Source: a virus
Length of the DNA stretch: 42,653 nt
UHGV virus genome: UHGV-0371587
Strand: one strand, 5' to 3'
Notes under the pieces: generated by a model
Seen by the model: only the letters and a program-made list of their open reading frames with translations
Told to the model about the DNA's origin: nothing
The model's database searches: none
Part shown: piece by piece, positions 9,612 to 18,809 of the stretch
Layout of the letters: each line of letters begins with the position of its first letter
Position numbering within the stretch: the stretch's first letter is position 1
Program-made: the position numbers and the translations under genes

Positions 9612-9815
9612 TCACTCTGCCGCTTGCCTTTTTCTTTTAATGCTACACAGCTTAGTACATTTTGCCATGACTTCCGCGAGGGTATATTCCCCCATGGAAT
9701 CCGTCATGGATGACTGTTCCTTGCTGTATGTCACCTTACCATCCTTGATGTCGACCGGGTACAGCCTCCCGTTTGATACCATGTAAGGCAGCCCGTCAAT
9801 GATTGTAAACCTCAT
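9612..9815 (-). CDS. small protein, 67 aa, downstream of the capsid gene
   Basis: Internal ATG at 9815 with an AGGTG RBS. The 137-aa ORF-track version overlaps the capsid gene by 200 nt. Confidence 0.45.
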   Translation of the reverse strand: MRFTIIDGLPYMVSNGRLYPVDIKDGKVTYSKEQSSMTDSMGEYTLAEVMAKCTKLCSIKRKRQAAE

Positions 9816-9825
9816 ACTGTACACC

Positions 9826-10845
9826 TTATCCGTTGGAAATAATCTGACCGATACGGATGTTCTTTGCCTTGTATGCAAGCTCCCAGTTAGCCTTGTTTCC
9901 AAGTTCTGTCTTGGTCGGGGATTCCCCGGAAATGCTTGCAACCTTGAGATTGAAGCCGTTCGGATGCAGTACACGGCCTTCCTTGGTATACAGTTTCTCG
10001 ATACCTGCCTTTGTCTCCGCATCATAGTCTGTGTAATACGGCTCCTTGTAATTGGTCTTCTCTGCCGTCAGGATGGCACCCTGTCCCACGATTGTGGTGA
10101 TGTACTTCGGGACATCACCGGATGCATCCACCGTGAACCGGTCAGACACTACCGGGATGAGGCCGTTGATTGTCGGGAGGTTGACCTCCGATGTCATGGC
10201 ATTCTGGATGGTGTACTTGTTATAGTTCACAAGCCCCATTGCCTGGTATCTCGCAAATATGAGTGAGTTCATGATTGCGATTCCGAAACCGTTCGCCATG
10301 TCCCCAAGGGCCTTCTGCTGCGCATAAATCATGGTCGTTTCGTCAATCCTGTTGGCATCCTGTACGCTGCTCCCATCCGAAAGGGCGATGTTGTATACAT
10401 GGTCTTTCATCGAATCCAGCCCCATGACCGCATTCACGATGTTCATGAGTTCGGACTCCCATACCTGCCGGTAATAGTCGGACACGCTGTTTGCGATATG
10501 CTGCATCGGGTCCGCCCCGGTAAGCTCCTTCGTGAAGTCCTGCGCCTTCCATGCCATCATTCTCTGAATCAGCATGGCGGTCTGCTTTCCACCGCTAATC
10601 TCCTTCGGCGTGTTGTTCGTGTTACCATCATTGTTGTACGGCTCATAGTCTGCAATGTCCATTGCCTTATAAAATGGCAGTGTAGCAACATTACCCTCGG
10701 AACCGATGAGGTTCATGATGGTGCTGTCCTGCTGGAGTATGCCGGATGCGATGATTGCATTGCTCCATGTGGGCTGCTCCGACATATAATCAGCAAACAC
10801 TTCCGGGTCAAATGCAAACCCTCCAAATGTACCTGTTCTTGGCAT
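9826..10845 (-). CDS. major capsid protein, 339 aa
   Basis: Size and its position directly after the scaffold gene. Confidence 0.7.
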   Translation of the reverse strand: MPRTGTFGGFAFDPEVFADYMSEQPTWSNAIIASGILQQDSTIMNLIGSEGNVATLPFYKAMDIADYEPYNNDGNTNNTPKEISGGKQTAMLIQRMMAWKAQDFTKELTGADPMQHIANSVSDYYRQVWESELMNIVNAVMGLDSMKDHVYNIALSDGSSVQDANRIDETTMIYAQQKALGDMANGFGIAIMNSLIFARYQAMGLVNYNKYTIQNAMTSEVNLPTINGLIPVVSDRFTVDASGDVPKYITTIVGQGAILTAEKTNYKEPYYTDYDAETKAGIEKLYTKEGRVLHPNGFNLKVASISGESPTKTELGNKANWELAYKAKNIRIGQIISNG

Positions 10846-10851
10846 GATTCA

Positions 10852-11472
10852 TTATCCTTTCATACTGTTATAGAGTTCCGGGTTGCTGTTCTTGAGCGCA
10901 ATCCTATCGTCAAGGCTCATTCCCTTCCAATCCGCTTTTGTTAATGTTCCTGCTCTTCCGCTTTTGCCGGCCGGGGCCGTGAACCTCGCCATGTTCTTTT
11001 GTGCCTGTTGCTGTGCATCATCAACAAACGCCGAAGCATCTTTTTCTTTCATTTGAGATAAAAGGTCATTCAGCCCCAGGATTTTACCATCTTTTAGCTT
11101 TAAATCGGCCTCTTTTACTTCTGCCATAATTGCACGTTTAGCTGCCTCGCTGGAAAATTTAATACCTTCAAATTCTGTTTTTAGCGCATCCGCGAAATCA
11201 CGTTCATAAAGCTGTGCCTGGGCGTTCTTTTCGGCTTCTGTAGCTTTCTGTTTCCAGTCAGACAGTTCTTTCTGCATCGTCTCCAGGTCAACCCCTTCAA
11301 AGCCTTTCAGCGTTGCTTCTGCTGCTTCTGCTTTTTCTTTCCAGGTATCCCGTTCGGATGTCAGATTGTCATTTTCTTTCTGCAACTTTTTAAGGTCTTT
11401 TCCATTTTCAGCCATGACAAAAGATATCTGTTCCTCTGTTAATCCCTGCGCTTTTAATTCTTCGGTTTTCAT
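10852..11472 (-). CDS. scaffolding protein, 206 aa
   Basis: Charged, coiled-coil-rich protein immediately upstream of the capsid gene. RBS GGAAAAGGAG. Confidence 0.65.
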   Translation of the reverse strand: MKTEELKAQGLTEEQISFVMAENGKDLKKLQKENDNLTSERDTWKEKAEAAEATLKGFEGVDLETMQKELSDWKQKATEAEKNAQAQLYERDFADALKTEFEGIKFSSEAAKRAIMAEVKEADLKLKDGKILGLNDLLSQMKEKDASAFVDDAQQQAQKNMARFTAPAGKSGRAGTLTKADWKGMSLDDRIALKNSNPELYNSMKG

Positions 11473-11676
11473 TGATGATTCTCCTTTTCCGTTATTAGGT
11501 TATTTGTAGGTGTGTAACCGTCCACCAACGGTTGCCATTTTGTAGGACTTGGCGTGTCCTAAAACGCACATGTCGGAAATTGCATCCGCTTTTCAACTTC
11601 CAGGCTGTTCACGTTATGCGCTAGAACCTGTTTCTTTTAAGGACATGTGCTATAGGAGGGAGGTCAATATAAAGAA

Positions 11677-11766
11677 AGAGCCAAACAAATTATTAGGCTA
11701 TATAGCAATGGTAAAACACCATTAACTATTGCAATCTGTTTGGCTCTGCGTCTGGCGTCTGGCTCT
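11677..11766 (-). promoter_or_regulatory. conserved motif copy 2 (AGAGCC-AGACGC-C-AGACGC-AGAGCC) with a long hairpin AGAGCCAAACA/UGUUUGGCUCU, 4 nt after the stop of the upstream gene
   Basis: Read directly from the sequence. Paralogous to 6334..6374. Confidence 0.5.
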
Positions 11767-11770
11767 AAAG

Positions 11771-11956
11771 TTATGTTGCAGGTGATAAACCACTTTTATC
11801 TAAATCACTTGCTTTACCTTTTGCAATATTCATTACGGATGTATTCTTACATACAGGGCAAAATACTGGAAGGTTTTTCGCTACTGTATCAGGCCGGATT
11901 TTAGTCCGAGTTTTATTGTTACATATAGGGCAGTACACCCAACCGTCTTTTACCAT
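11771..11956 (-). CDS. Cys-rich KTR domain protein, about 61 aa
   Basis: Two CxxC pairs and CPICNNKTRTK. Matches the Clostridial Cys_rich_KTR family as recalled from memory. RBS AAAGGGTG precedes the internal ATG at 11956. Confidence 0.55.
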   Translation of the reverse strand: MVKDGWVYCPICNNKTRTKIRPDTVAKNLPVFCPVCKNTSVMNIAKGKASDLDKSGLSPAT

Positions 11957-12032
11957 GTTTTCACCCTTTCTGCTTATTCCTACTCCCATTTTACCTTATT
12001 CAAAAAAAATAATCGTCCCCACATTTTTTAAA

Positions 12033-12055
12033 GGCGGTAGGTTTTACCCACCGCC
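12033..12055 (-). terminator. hairpin GGCGGU..ACCGCC followed by UUU on the minus strand, between the 179-aa gene and the KTR gene
   Basis: Inverted repeat read from the sequence. The U-tract is weak. Confidence 0.3.
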
Positions 12056-12061
12056 AATTTA

Positions 12062-12601
12062 TTACATCATATTACGAAGCTTTTCAATATACCTTTTCAT
12101 GGTTTCTCTTTCTTCCCGGCAGTCGGCATCTTTGGACATTTCGCCTAATTCTTCTGTCAGTTCGTCCATATGTTCTTCCAAAGCTGCAAGCATACGCCGC
12201 TTGCAATCTTCATCTTTCCCGCCGCTTCTGTAGCTCTGCTTCTGATTCATGTAGTCGTCATAGGCCGGACCGTTCGCACGGCTGTAGTGTTCTCTAACGT
12301 AATGTTTTCCACGTGTGCCGCGATAGGAGCTGTCATTATCATAGTCCTGCGACATTCCATCAGCACGGCTATAACGTCCCATGCTGTCGCGCTTGCGGCG
12401 CGCTTCGCTGTATTCTCCACCGTCCATTTCGTCCATTACCTGATTGTAGTACTCTTTTTTGCACTTCCAGTACTCCACGTTCTCCATGTCTTTCCACATG
12501 TCTATCAGTTTGTATGCGGTTTCAAGGTTGCTAGTGTTCAGGCCCTTTTCCGCAATCTTATCCAGTTCTTCATGGATATTCTGCATCATCTTATAGCTCA
12601 T
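12062..12601 (-). CDS. hypothetical charged protein, 179 aa
   Basis: ORF with coding-like composition inside the head-module cargo island. Confidence 0.55.
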   Translation of the reverse strand: MSYKMMQNIHEELDKIAEKGLNTSNLETAYKLIDMWKDMENVEYWKCKKEYYNQVMDEMDGGEYSEARRKRDSMGRYSRADGMSQDYDNDSSYRGTRGKHYVREHYSRANGPAYDDYMNQKQSYRSGGKDEDCKRRMLAALEEHMDELTEELGEMSKDADCREERETMKRYIEKLRNMM

Positions 12602-12613
12602 AGCATTACCCCC

Positions 12614-13012
12614 TTAACCTATTCTGCTAACAACAAGGTTAGCGTCTGATACTGTCGCTGCTGTGGCTCCAACGTTTTTTACTGATAGGGTAGCACAACA
12701 TGGTTTGCACACCCTTACTTCTACAGTTGCCGCTCCATTGATTGTTGCGCCGGCGGCAACTGTGTTCTGGATTCTTGCACCGGGAATGCCTTCGCCGTCC
12801 TGCTGTACTTCAAAAATAACGTCACCTGCTGCGGCTGCGGAAAAGTTTCCGTTAAATCCTACGCGGTACAGGCCAGGAAGCAAAACTACCCTACCAGAGA
12901 GTGCCTCATGCCTTATGTTTGGACAATTGCAAGAATATATCCTGTTTGCAGCAAACAGAACGCTTGCATTGACTGCAACAGTCTGTGTCCCAGCAGTTAC
13001 AAAATCTGCCAT
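12614..13012 (-). CDS. BclA C-terminal-like (TNF/C1q-fold) domain protein, 132 aa
   Basis: Pattern GLYRVGFNGNFSAAAAGDVIFEVQQDGEGIPGAR...TVEVRV resembles exosporium BclA C-domains. Assignment is by memory only. RBS GGAGG. Confidence 0.45.
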   Translation of the reverse strand: MADFVTAGTQTVAVNASVLFAANRIYSCNCPNIRHEALSGRVVLLPGLYRVGFNGNFSAAAAGDVIFEVQQDGEGIPGARIQNTVAAGATINGAATVEVRVCKPCCATLSVKNVGATAATVSDANLVVSRIG

Positions 13013-13074
13013 AATAAATCCTCCTTATATGCACAGAAGGGCAAGCTTATGCCTACCCTTCTGTGTGTGTAATA

Positions 13075-13227
13075 CTACTGTTCAGTAGACATGTCCTTTT
13101 CGGACAAGATACGCAATATACGGTTGTTTTGTTCGATAATCTTTTCCATATACTCTCTATTTTGCTGTTGTAATGCTGCTGCATATAAAGCAAGATTATC
13201 GTAAAACTGTTCGTTTCGAGTTAGCAT
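13075..13227 (-). CDS. small coiled-coil protein, 50 aa (not in the ORF track)
   Basis: ATG overlaps the stop of the upstream gene (ATGCTAA). It fills an otherwise empty 208-bp gap and is followed by an 8-bp hairpin CAGAAGGG/CCCTTCTG. Confidence 0.35.
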   Translation of the reverse strand: MLTRNEQFYDNLALYAAALQQQNREYMEKIIEQNNRILRILSEKDMSTEQ

Positions 13228-13922
13228 CCGCATCCAGCATTGCACCCACAATTAGATGCATATGGATATGGCGCCGGTACTGTATAAGCCGGTACAGGCT
13301 GCGGCTGACGAAGCTGGGCAACGATTGAGTTACCAACCGCATCAATAAAACCATTCTGGGAAGTCTGACTTGCCTGGAACCTAAGTGTCTGATTCTCTGC
13401 CTGTAAAGTGGAAATCTTATCTTGTGTTAAGAAGTCAAGAATAGCTCTTGTGTTGCTATTGTTATTGTCCAGAATATCTCTGGTTGCAGTCTGAATGGTA
13501 TTTCTGGTATCACATGACTGTGTAGCCAGATTGTAGTTTACGCCATCAATTGCACGCTGTGTCTGGCAGCAGCAATCCTGGAGCTGATAGCCCATCTGGC
13601 ATAAGCTGCGGTCAACACCGTTGAATCCGCTGGTAATAGTGTTGTTCAGTGCATAGGTGCTGTCACAAATACCCTGCTGGATACCTCTAATTCCGTTTTC
13701 TATACCATTTAAAGCAAAGCCCTCATTGATATCTGCTCTGGTTGCAAGACCCTGGAGTCCCGCGCCATTTGCGCCGTTGCCGCCGAAGCCATTGCCCCAG
13801 CCTCCCCCGGCGAAAAGGAAGAGAACGATAATCCAAATCCAGTCGCCCCACATACCGTCACCATTTCTGTTATTGTTTCCTGTAGCGGCTGCAATGTCCG
13901 CTAAAGAGTAACCACTTTCCAT
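13221..13922 (-). CDS. Gly-rich membrane protein with a YjcZ-like N-terminus (GDWIWIIVLFLFAGGGWGNGFGG) and a Cys-rich C-terminus (NCGCNAGCGC), 233 aa
   Basis: Composition and TM segment read from the translation. RBS AAAGGAG. Confidence 0.55.
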   Translation of the reverse strand: MESGYSLADIAAATGNNNRNGDGMWGDWIWIIVLFLFAGGGWGNGFGGNGANGAGLQGLATRADINEGFALNGIENGIRGIQQGICDSTYALNNTITSGFNGVDRSLCQMGYQLQDCCCQTQRAIDGVNYNLATQSCDTRNTIQTATRDILDNNNSNTRAILDFLTQDKISTLQAENQTLRFQASQTSQNGFIDAVGNSIVAQLRQPQPVPAYTVPAPYPYASNCGCNAGCGC

Positions 13923-13975
13923 AAATATTTACTCCTTTAAATTTATTTACAAAATCATGCGCATTGATTTATGTA

Positions 13976-14224
13976 CTATTTTTTCATGCCTCCAAGCATC
14001 TGCTGAAACTGCTGTGCCATCTGCTGGGCTTGGTCTAACTGCTGCTGAGTTATCTGCCCAGACTGTAGCATCTTCTGCACTTCTTCCTGGGGGTTCCCTT
14101 TGAAATTGTTCTTAAATTCCATAAACTTTTGAATCATCTGCATTGGGTTATTTCCGCCTCCCATTCCAGGCATCATGCCACCCATTGGTGAACCGCCGCC
14201 CAACATGCTAAATAATGGATTCAT
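13976..14224 (-). CDS. Gly/Met/Gln-rich low-complexity protein, 82 aa
   Basis: Good gene spacing. MGG/MPG repeats followed by a Q-rich helix. Confidence 0.5.
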   Translation of the reverse strand: MNPLFSMLGGGSPMGGMMPGMGGGNNPMQMIQKFMEFKNNFKGNPQEEVQKMLQSGQITQQQLDQAQQMAQQFQQMLGGMKK

Positions 14225-14227
14225 ATA

Positions 14228-14698
14228 TTATTTCCCCTTTCCGCTTGGAGCTGTGCTGGATTCTAAAAGGCCGTACAATTCATCATATTTTGCCTTTAAA
14301 TCCTGATACTCGTTTCTGGTAACATACTTTTCATCCAGATTTTCAGCCGGTACAGATTCTTTTTTCTGACCATTGACAATCTCTTTATATTCAAAAGTGC
14401 GAAGCGTTGGCATTCCTGCCGCATCGGTTGTCTTAATATAAAAATACTCATTTTCGCTATCCATCAGCAATATAGATGTGCTGGGCGCTACTAAATATGA
14501 CTTTGCCCCGGCCTCTCCCTGTACCCATAAGATACCCTGATTCGTCTGAGGAACCTGCGGAACTTGCGTCTGCTGTTGCATCTGATATGGTGCCTGTAGC
14601 TGCTGCAATCGGTCCATAGGTGGTTGCATCTGCGGCTGATATGGGTATGCATTTGGATATGTATTCAGATAGTTTGGATTGATAAATGGTTGCGACAT
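14228..14698 (-). CDS. protein with a Q/P/Y-rich N-terminus and a globular C-domain, 156 aa
   Basis: ORF with a sigma-70-like promoter element (TTGACG) upstream. Confidence 0.55.
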   Translation of the reverse strand: MSQPFINPNYLNTYPNAYPYQPQMQPPMDRLQQLQAPYQMQQQTQVPQVPQTNQGILWVQGEAGAKSYLVAPSTSILLMDSENEYFYIKTTDAAGMPTLRTFEYKEIVNGQKKESVPAENLDEKYVTRNEYQDLKAKYDELYGLLESSTAPSGKGK

Positions 14699-14790
14699 TA
14701 TATCCCCTCCGTTCTTTTATAATCCAATTATCCCATAAAAAATAAGCCCTTGACAGGTCGTCAAAGACTTATAAAAGTATCACGCAAGTA

Positions 14791-14991
14791 TCAACATAAT
14801 CGGATTATTTTGTTGTTTACTTTTCTGCTCAATCTCTTTGCTGTGGATACACTTACATTCATTAATTCAGCGCAATACTCCAAAGGATAGTTCTTGGCCC
14901 GGTACTCAAACAGTGCCCGTTCTTCATCCGTAAAGTTACAATATGTACGAAAATAGTTTAGTTCTGGCACTGTAAAGTCATATACCTTCAA
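14791..14991 (-). CDS. sigma-70 region-4-like HTH mini-protein, 66 aa
   Basis: FTDEERALFEYRAKNYPLEYCAELMNVSVSTAKRLSRKV matches the sigma region-4 / ECF C-terminal HTH pattern. Confidence 0.55.
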   Translation of the reverse strand: MKVYDFTVPELNYFRTYCNFTDEERALFEYRAKNYPLEYCAELMNVSVSTAKRLSRKVNNKIIRLC

Positions 14992-15002
14992 CGCAACGCT
15001 CC

Positions 15003-15296
15003 TTAAATACCTTCTGACAAATGCTTTATCATAGCTTCTTTGGTTTTTTTTAAACCCTCTATGTTGTTACCGGTTATACGATTATCAATTAATGCTATCA
15101 TTCCTTGGCATAAAAGAGATTGCATATCTCTTATTTCTTTGATAGATTTATAATCATTTTCCACATTTATTTCTAATTTATCCACTCGATTTTTTAGCTT
15201 AAATGCCGGATGCAACAATTTGTATATTACGGCTCCTGCGCCTCCAAGAGTAATAATCCAACCGCATACAACCATAATAGAGTTTAATGTTTCCAT
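15003..15296 (-). CDS. small protein with an N-terminal TM helix, 97 aa
   Basis: ORF with a hydrophobic N-terminus. Confidence 0.5.
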   Translation of the reverse strand: METLNSIMVVCGWIITLGGAGAVIYKLLHPAFKLKNRVDKLEINVENDYKSIKEIRDMQSLLCQGMIALIDNRITGNNIEGLKKTKEAMIKHLSEGI

Positions 15297-15299
15297 AAA

Positions 15300-15689
15300 T
15301 TATCGCCTTTCCCAGTAGTATATTGGTATTTCTTGACCGCTGTCCCATGTGTCCCAGTAAAATCCATCCACAACCGTTACCACATGACCATCAAGCCCAA
15401 GAACAAATACTCCGTTTTGGTGGTCTGCCGAAAATTCTTCCACGGTATAATCTTCTGGATATTCGTCTGGTATAATGTTTCTCCGAAACCCGTTGCGCCT
15501 GAGATATGTCCCCCACACGCTGTTAGCTGACGGCATATCTGATTTCTCGCACGCCACCACCATAACGCCAGCAAAGGCGGTTTCCCAATCCTGTCCGGTT
15601 GCTTTGCAGATTGCACGTATGGCACAGTCGCCTACACGCTGATTACGGACTGGGTTAGGGTTATATGGTTTCCATCTATTCAAATTCAT
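15300..15689 (-). CDS. hypothetical protein, 129 aa (VGDCAIRAICKATG motif)
   Basis: Stop overlaps the start of the upstream minor head gene. Confidence 0.55.
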   Translation of the reverse strand: MNLNRWKPYNPNPVRNQRVGDCAIRAICKATGQDWETAFAGVMVVACEKSDMPSANSVWGTYLRRNGFRRNIIPDEYPEDYTVEEFSADHQNGVFVLGLDGHVVTVVDGFYWDTWDSGQEIPIYYWERR

Positions 15690-16903
15690 TCCCCTTTCGC
15701 ATTTTGATACCGTCTCACCGCCCCTCTGGCCTTTGCAGCCTGTTCACGGCTCCAGCGGGCAATCTGTAATCTCTCTGACTGAGTTCTAAGGTTATTCTCC
15801 TTACAAAACTCGTTATATGCCTTATACTGCTTGGATAGCAAGTAGGATTTCCGGTCAAGCGCCTGCTGTAGCTCAAACTTTGCCGCCTCGTCCTGGCATT
15901 TCTCTACGGCCTCTTGCAGGCCCATAACCTCGCGCTTGGTCTTGCGGATGCGGCGTTCAAGCGTTCGCTGCCGCTTCTCCAGCTGCTCAACCTTGTAATT
16001 GTCTGCGGTTTGGATGTCTTTGTATGGATTGTTTACCCCATCACCGCTTCCGAAGGAGTGACGACAGTTCCATCCACATAACCCTTCACCTGTTCCGTAT
16101 CCAGTATGGGAAAATGGAGGAAAGCGCTTATCCTTTCCAGTCCTGCTATAAAACTGCCCTTGCCACCATAAATGATTGCCCGGATTCTGCCCTCCGTCAC
16201 CGGTTCTGGCCCCGATGTGCGCCGACACCAGTATGATATCCCAGTCCATTTCTTCCATACGCTTAATAGATATATCTCCCGTGGCCTGGGCCACTCCGGT
16301 GCGTACTGCACGCGCTGTGGCAGTTTCTATGGTATCTTTGTGGCCCGAAGGATAATGTACTATTACTCCACCTGATACCACATTATTAACTGCTTCTTTG
16401 ACGGCCTGTGTGTACGATACTACCCCAGAAGATACAAGATGGTATGCATTATCACATTCGTTTATAAAAAGCCTTTGTGCGGCTTCTGCTGTTGTCCTAG
16501 TATAGTTTTCCCATTCCCCCATAGTAGCAGTCATGTTGCGTTCCATCAATCGAATAAGCTGCGGTGATTGGGTAAGCGGTGTTGGAGACAAACCAGCAGC
16601 TTCATATATTTTGTGGTCGCATTCCAAAGCCTTGACTCCCGCTTCTTCCATTGCGGCCTTGATTTCTTTTTCCTGTCGCTTAGTGATTTTGGATAACTCT
16701 GCCGTTATGTCCTCCAGCAGATATCCTGCATCCTGCAATATCTGTATTCGCCATCGGTCAGAGGAGGTGAGCAGGTAATCATCGCCGCGGCCTATGCGTA
16801 TCATCATGCGGTCTATTATCTGACGGATAATGTATGTATGAAGCTGGGAGGCTATTTCTTCGGAACCATCAGCTATATGCTGGAGATAATTAGGACTCAA
16901 CAT
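15686..16903 (-). CDS. minor head protein (Mu F / SPP1 gp7-like), 405 aa
   Basis: Head morphogenesis family signature in the C-terminal half. Position follows the portal region. Confidence 0.7.
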   Translation of the reverse strand: MLSPNYLQHIADGSEEIASQLHTYIIRQIIDRMMIRIGRGDDYLLTSSDRWRIQILQDAGYLLEDITAELSKITKRQEKEIKAAMEEAGVKALECDHKIYEAAGLSPTPLTQSPQLIRLMERNMTATMGEWENYTRTTAEAAQRLFINECDNAYHLVSSGVVSYTQAVKEAVNNVVSGGVIVHYPSGHKDTIETATARAVRTGVAQATGDISIKRMEEMDWDIILVSAHIGARTGDGGQNPGNHLWWQGQFYSRTGKDKRFPPFSHTGYGTGEGLCGWNCRHSFGSGDGVNNPYKDIQTADNYKVEQLEKRQRTLERRIRKTKREVMGLQEAVEKCQDEAAKFELQQALDRKSYLLSKQYKAYNEFCKENNLRTQSERLQIARWSREQAAKARGAVRRYQNAKGE

Positions 16904-18803
16904 TCTGTATTCCTTCTATTAGTTTTTTTAATTCAGCAATCACAACATTTGTATCTTGTACATACTCCACAGTCACGTCCGGCTCCGGCCCCTCCGCAGT
17001 CACTGTGATGGTTGTCCGGCCTGTGTAGGTGGTCAACTCCGCAAGTGCTGCTATGGTGTCTGCCCCCAAGTCTGTCTCTACCGGGGTATCCAGGTAAGTG
17101 ACTACCTTAAGTGGATGGGCAGCAAGGTGGGCTTTCCAGGCAGAGAGGCCCTTGTCGGCTACTGTAGCATCGTAAAATGGACAGTAAAAATAATATAGAT
17201 TTTGATTATTACTCCCTAAAATAATCCGCTCAACTTCTTCATTTCCTCCGACTAGTGCTTGATTACATATTCCATTCCGATTATTCATTGATATCGGGAG
17301 GACATTAATTGCCGAAAATCCTGTGCGGCTACCACTAGTGTAGACGCCCCAACAATCCTCGCTTCCGTCAAATGTCAGTTCCATACACCGGTCAATCCGA
17401 TTGGTCATGGTTATTTCGTCCCTGTAATCCCCGATACCTCGTAACGGCTTCGTGAGGGTGATAACTGCGGTCTGCGGAGGCTGGTAGGGTTCCCAGGGGA
17501 GGGGTGTAGTGCCAATGTTAACCATAACATCTGAATACACAACAGTATTTTCGGAATCTAAATTTGCGTTTTTGAGATTAACAAATAATTTAAATATCGC
17601 TTTCGTTATGTTATCTGGAATTGAAAATGTTTTACTGCCCGAAGACTTATGATGCAAATAATTTTTTGTGCCATCCGGAAATTCGATATATAGTTGAAAT
17701 TCCACAGGTACTTCTGAATTTTTATTACTTATGTTGCACGACACTGTGACGTTTTTTCCAGCAATCAATTGTGCTGGTGTGTCTGATTCCGCACAAGCAT
17801 AATTTTTATCACCAGTTATCGTAACTTGTCTCCTATCAGCAGAAAGTACAAAAGTCGTATTTCCGTAAGCCATTAACGTGGTGTCGTCGAACAGATTAGC
17901 CCCCGTCACTGTCACCGCCGTGACATCCGTACTCACAATCTCCTGTGGATATTCCGGGCTGGGGTCTGCTCCCTGCTCACTCTTACCGGCTATCTCCAGG
18001 CCGGGTATCGGCGCCTCCCATGCGTCGTCCACCGTGACATGCGTGGTGTCAGATGCCGAGCCGATAAGGGCATTGGAATATTTAAGGTCCGTCTCACGCT
18101 TGTTGTAGCCTACGAAAGCAGCCTTCTGGGACTCCACGTAAGCCTTATTATCTGCCAACGCCTGTGCCGAAGCGGTGGCGGACTGAGCAGACGCCGCGGC
18201 AGAACCGGCGGCGGCTGTCTTACTGGCCTGGGCATCATTGGCATGGCCCTGGGCAGTGGATACCTTACTATCCATTTGCTCAACAAAATTTTCAAACCAA
18301 TTCTGGTCTGGCTGTGTAATACCAGACCCTGGAATTAACCCCGAATGTATTGTATATATCTTTTCTTCTGTTTTTAATATATACGCTTTGGTATTCGGCG
18401 CTGTACCATTTACCCATACGCCAATCTTAATGTCTCCTGACTGTTGCGTTGCTTTTTCTGGTACAATCCAATTAAATCTGATAGTACTATCGTTATACAT
18501 TACATTCACTGGACTATCTTCGCTGCCGCTTCCATCTTTTAATTCATAGTGTATCCATATAGACATTCCCATCAAATCAATGCCATCATAGTATCTATCC
18601 ATCATAAAAGATATATACTGGCTGTATGCTTCTCCCTGCACTGATATCTGCGCAGCAATGTCACCAATTGTACGTCCTTCGATGTAGGTATAATCTTCAT
18701 CGTGATATTTTGGATAATCCATGTATTTATCACTTTTTACCCATTCTTCTGTTGTGCCTGATGCAAATACGGAAAACGCATCATCCAAATTATTAGCATA
18801 CAT
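16890..18803 (-). CDS. large structural or decoration protein, 637 aa, with an Ala/Ser-rich linker
   Basis: Long ORF between the portal and the minor head gene. Confidence 0.6.
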   Translation of the reverse strand: MYANNLDDAFSVFASGTTEEWVKSDKYMDYPKYHDEDYTYIEGRTIGDIAAQISVQGEAYSQYISFMMDRYYDGIDLMGMSIWIHYELKDGSGSEDSPVNVMYNDSTIRFNWIVPEKATQQSGDIKIGVWVNGTAPNTKAYILKTEEKIYTIHSGLIPGSGITQPDQNWFENFVEQMDSKVSTAQGHANDAQASKTAAAGSAAASAQSATASAQALADNKAYVESQKAAFVGYNKRETDLKYSNALIGSASDTTHVTVDDAWEAPIPGLEIAGKSEQGADPSPEYPQEIVSTDVTAVTVTGANLFDDTTLMAYGNTTFVLSADRRQVTITGDKNYACAESDTPAQLIAGKNVTVSCNISNKNSEVPVEFQLYIEFPDGTKNYLHHKSSGSKTFSIPDNITKAIFKLFVNLKNANLDSENTVVYSDVMVNIGTTPLPWEPYQPPQTAVITLTKPLRGIGDYRDEITMTNRIDRCMELTFDGSEDCWGVYTSGSRTGFSAINVLPISMNNRNGICNQALVGGNEEVERIILGSNNQNLYYFYCPFYDATVADKGLSAWKAHLAAHPLKVVTYLDTPVETDLGADTIAALAELTTYTGRTTITVTAEGPEPDVTVEYVQDTNVVIAELKKLIEGIQNVES

Positions 18804-18809
18804 GTATTT

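Noticed and set aside
9612-10025. Long 137-aa version of the ORF overlapping the capsid gene by 200 nt
   Set aside because: An internal ATG at 9815 with an AGGTG RBS, immediately after the capsid stop, gives a non-overlapping 67-aa gene. The long form is an ORF-caller artefact.
10399-10944. 181-aa plus-strand ORF antisense to the major capsid gene
   Set aside because: It is antisense to a confident structural gene and has no start signals.
12170-12649. 159-aa plus-strand ORF antisense to the 179-aa cargo gene
   Set aside because: Its composition mirrors the sense gene and it has no RBS. The minus strand carries the operon.
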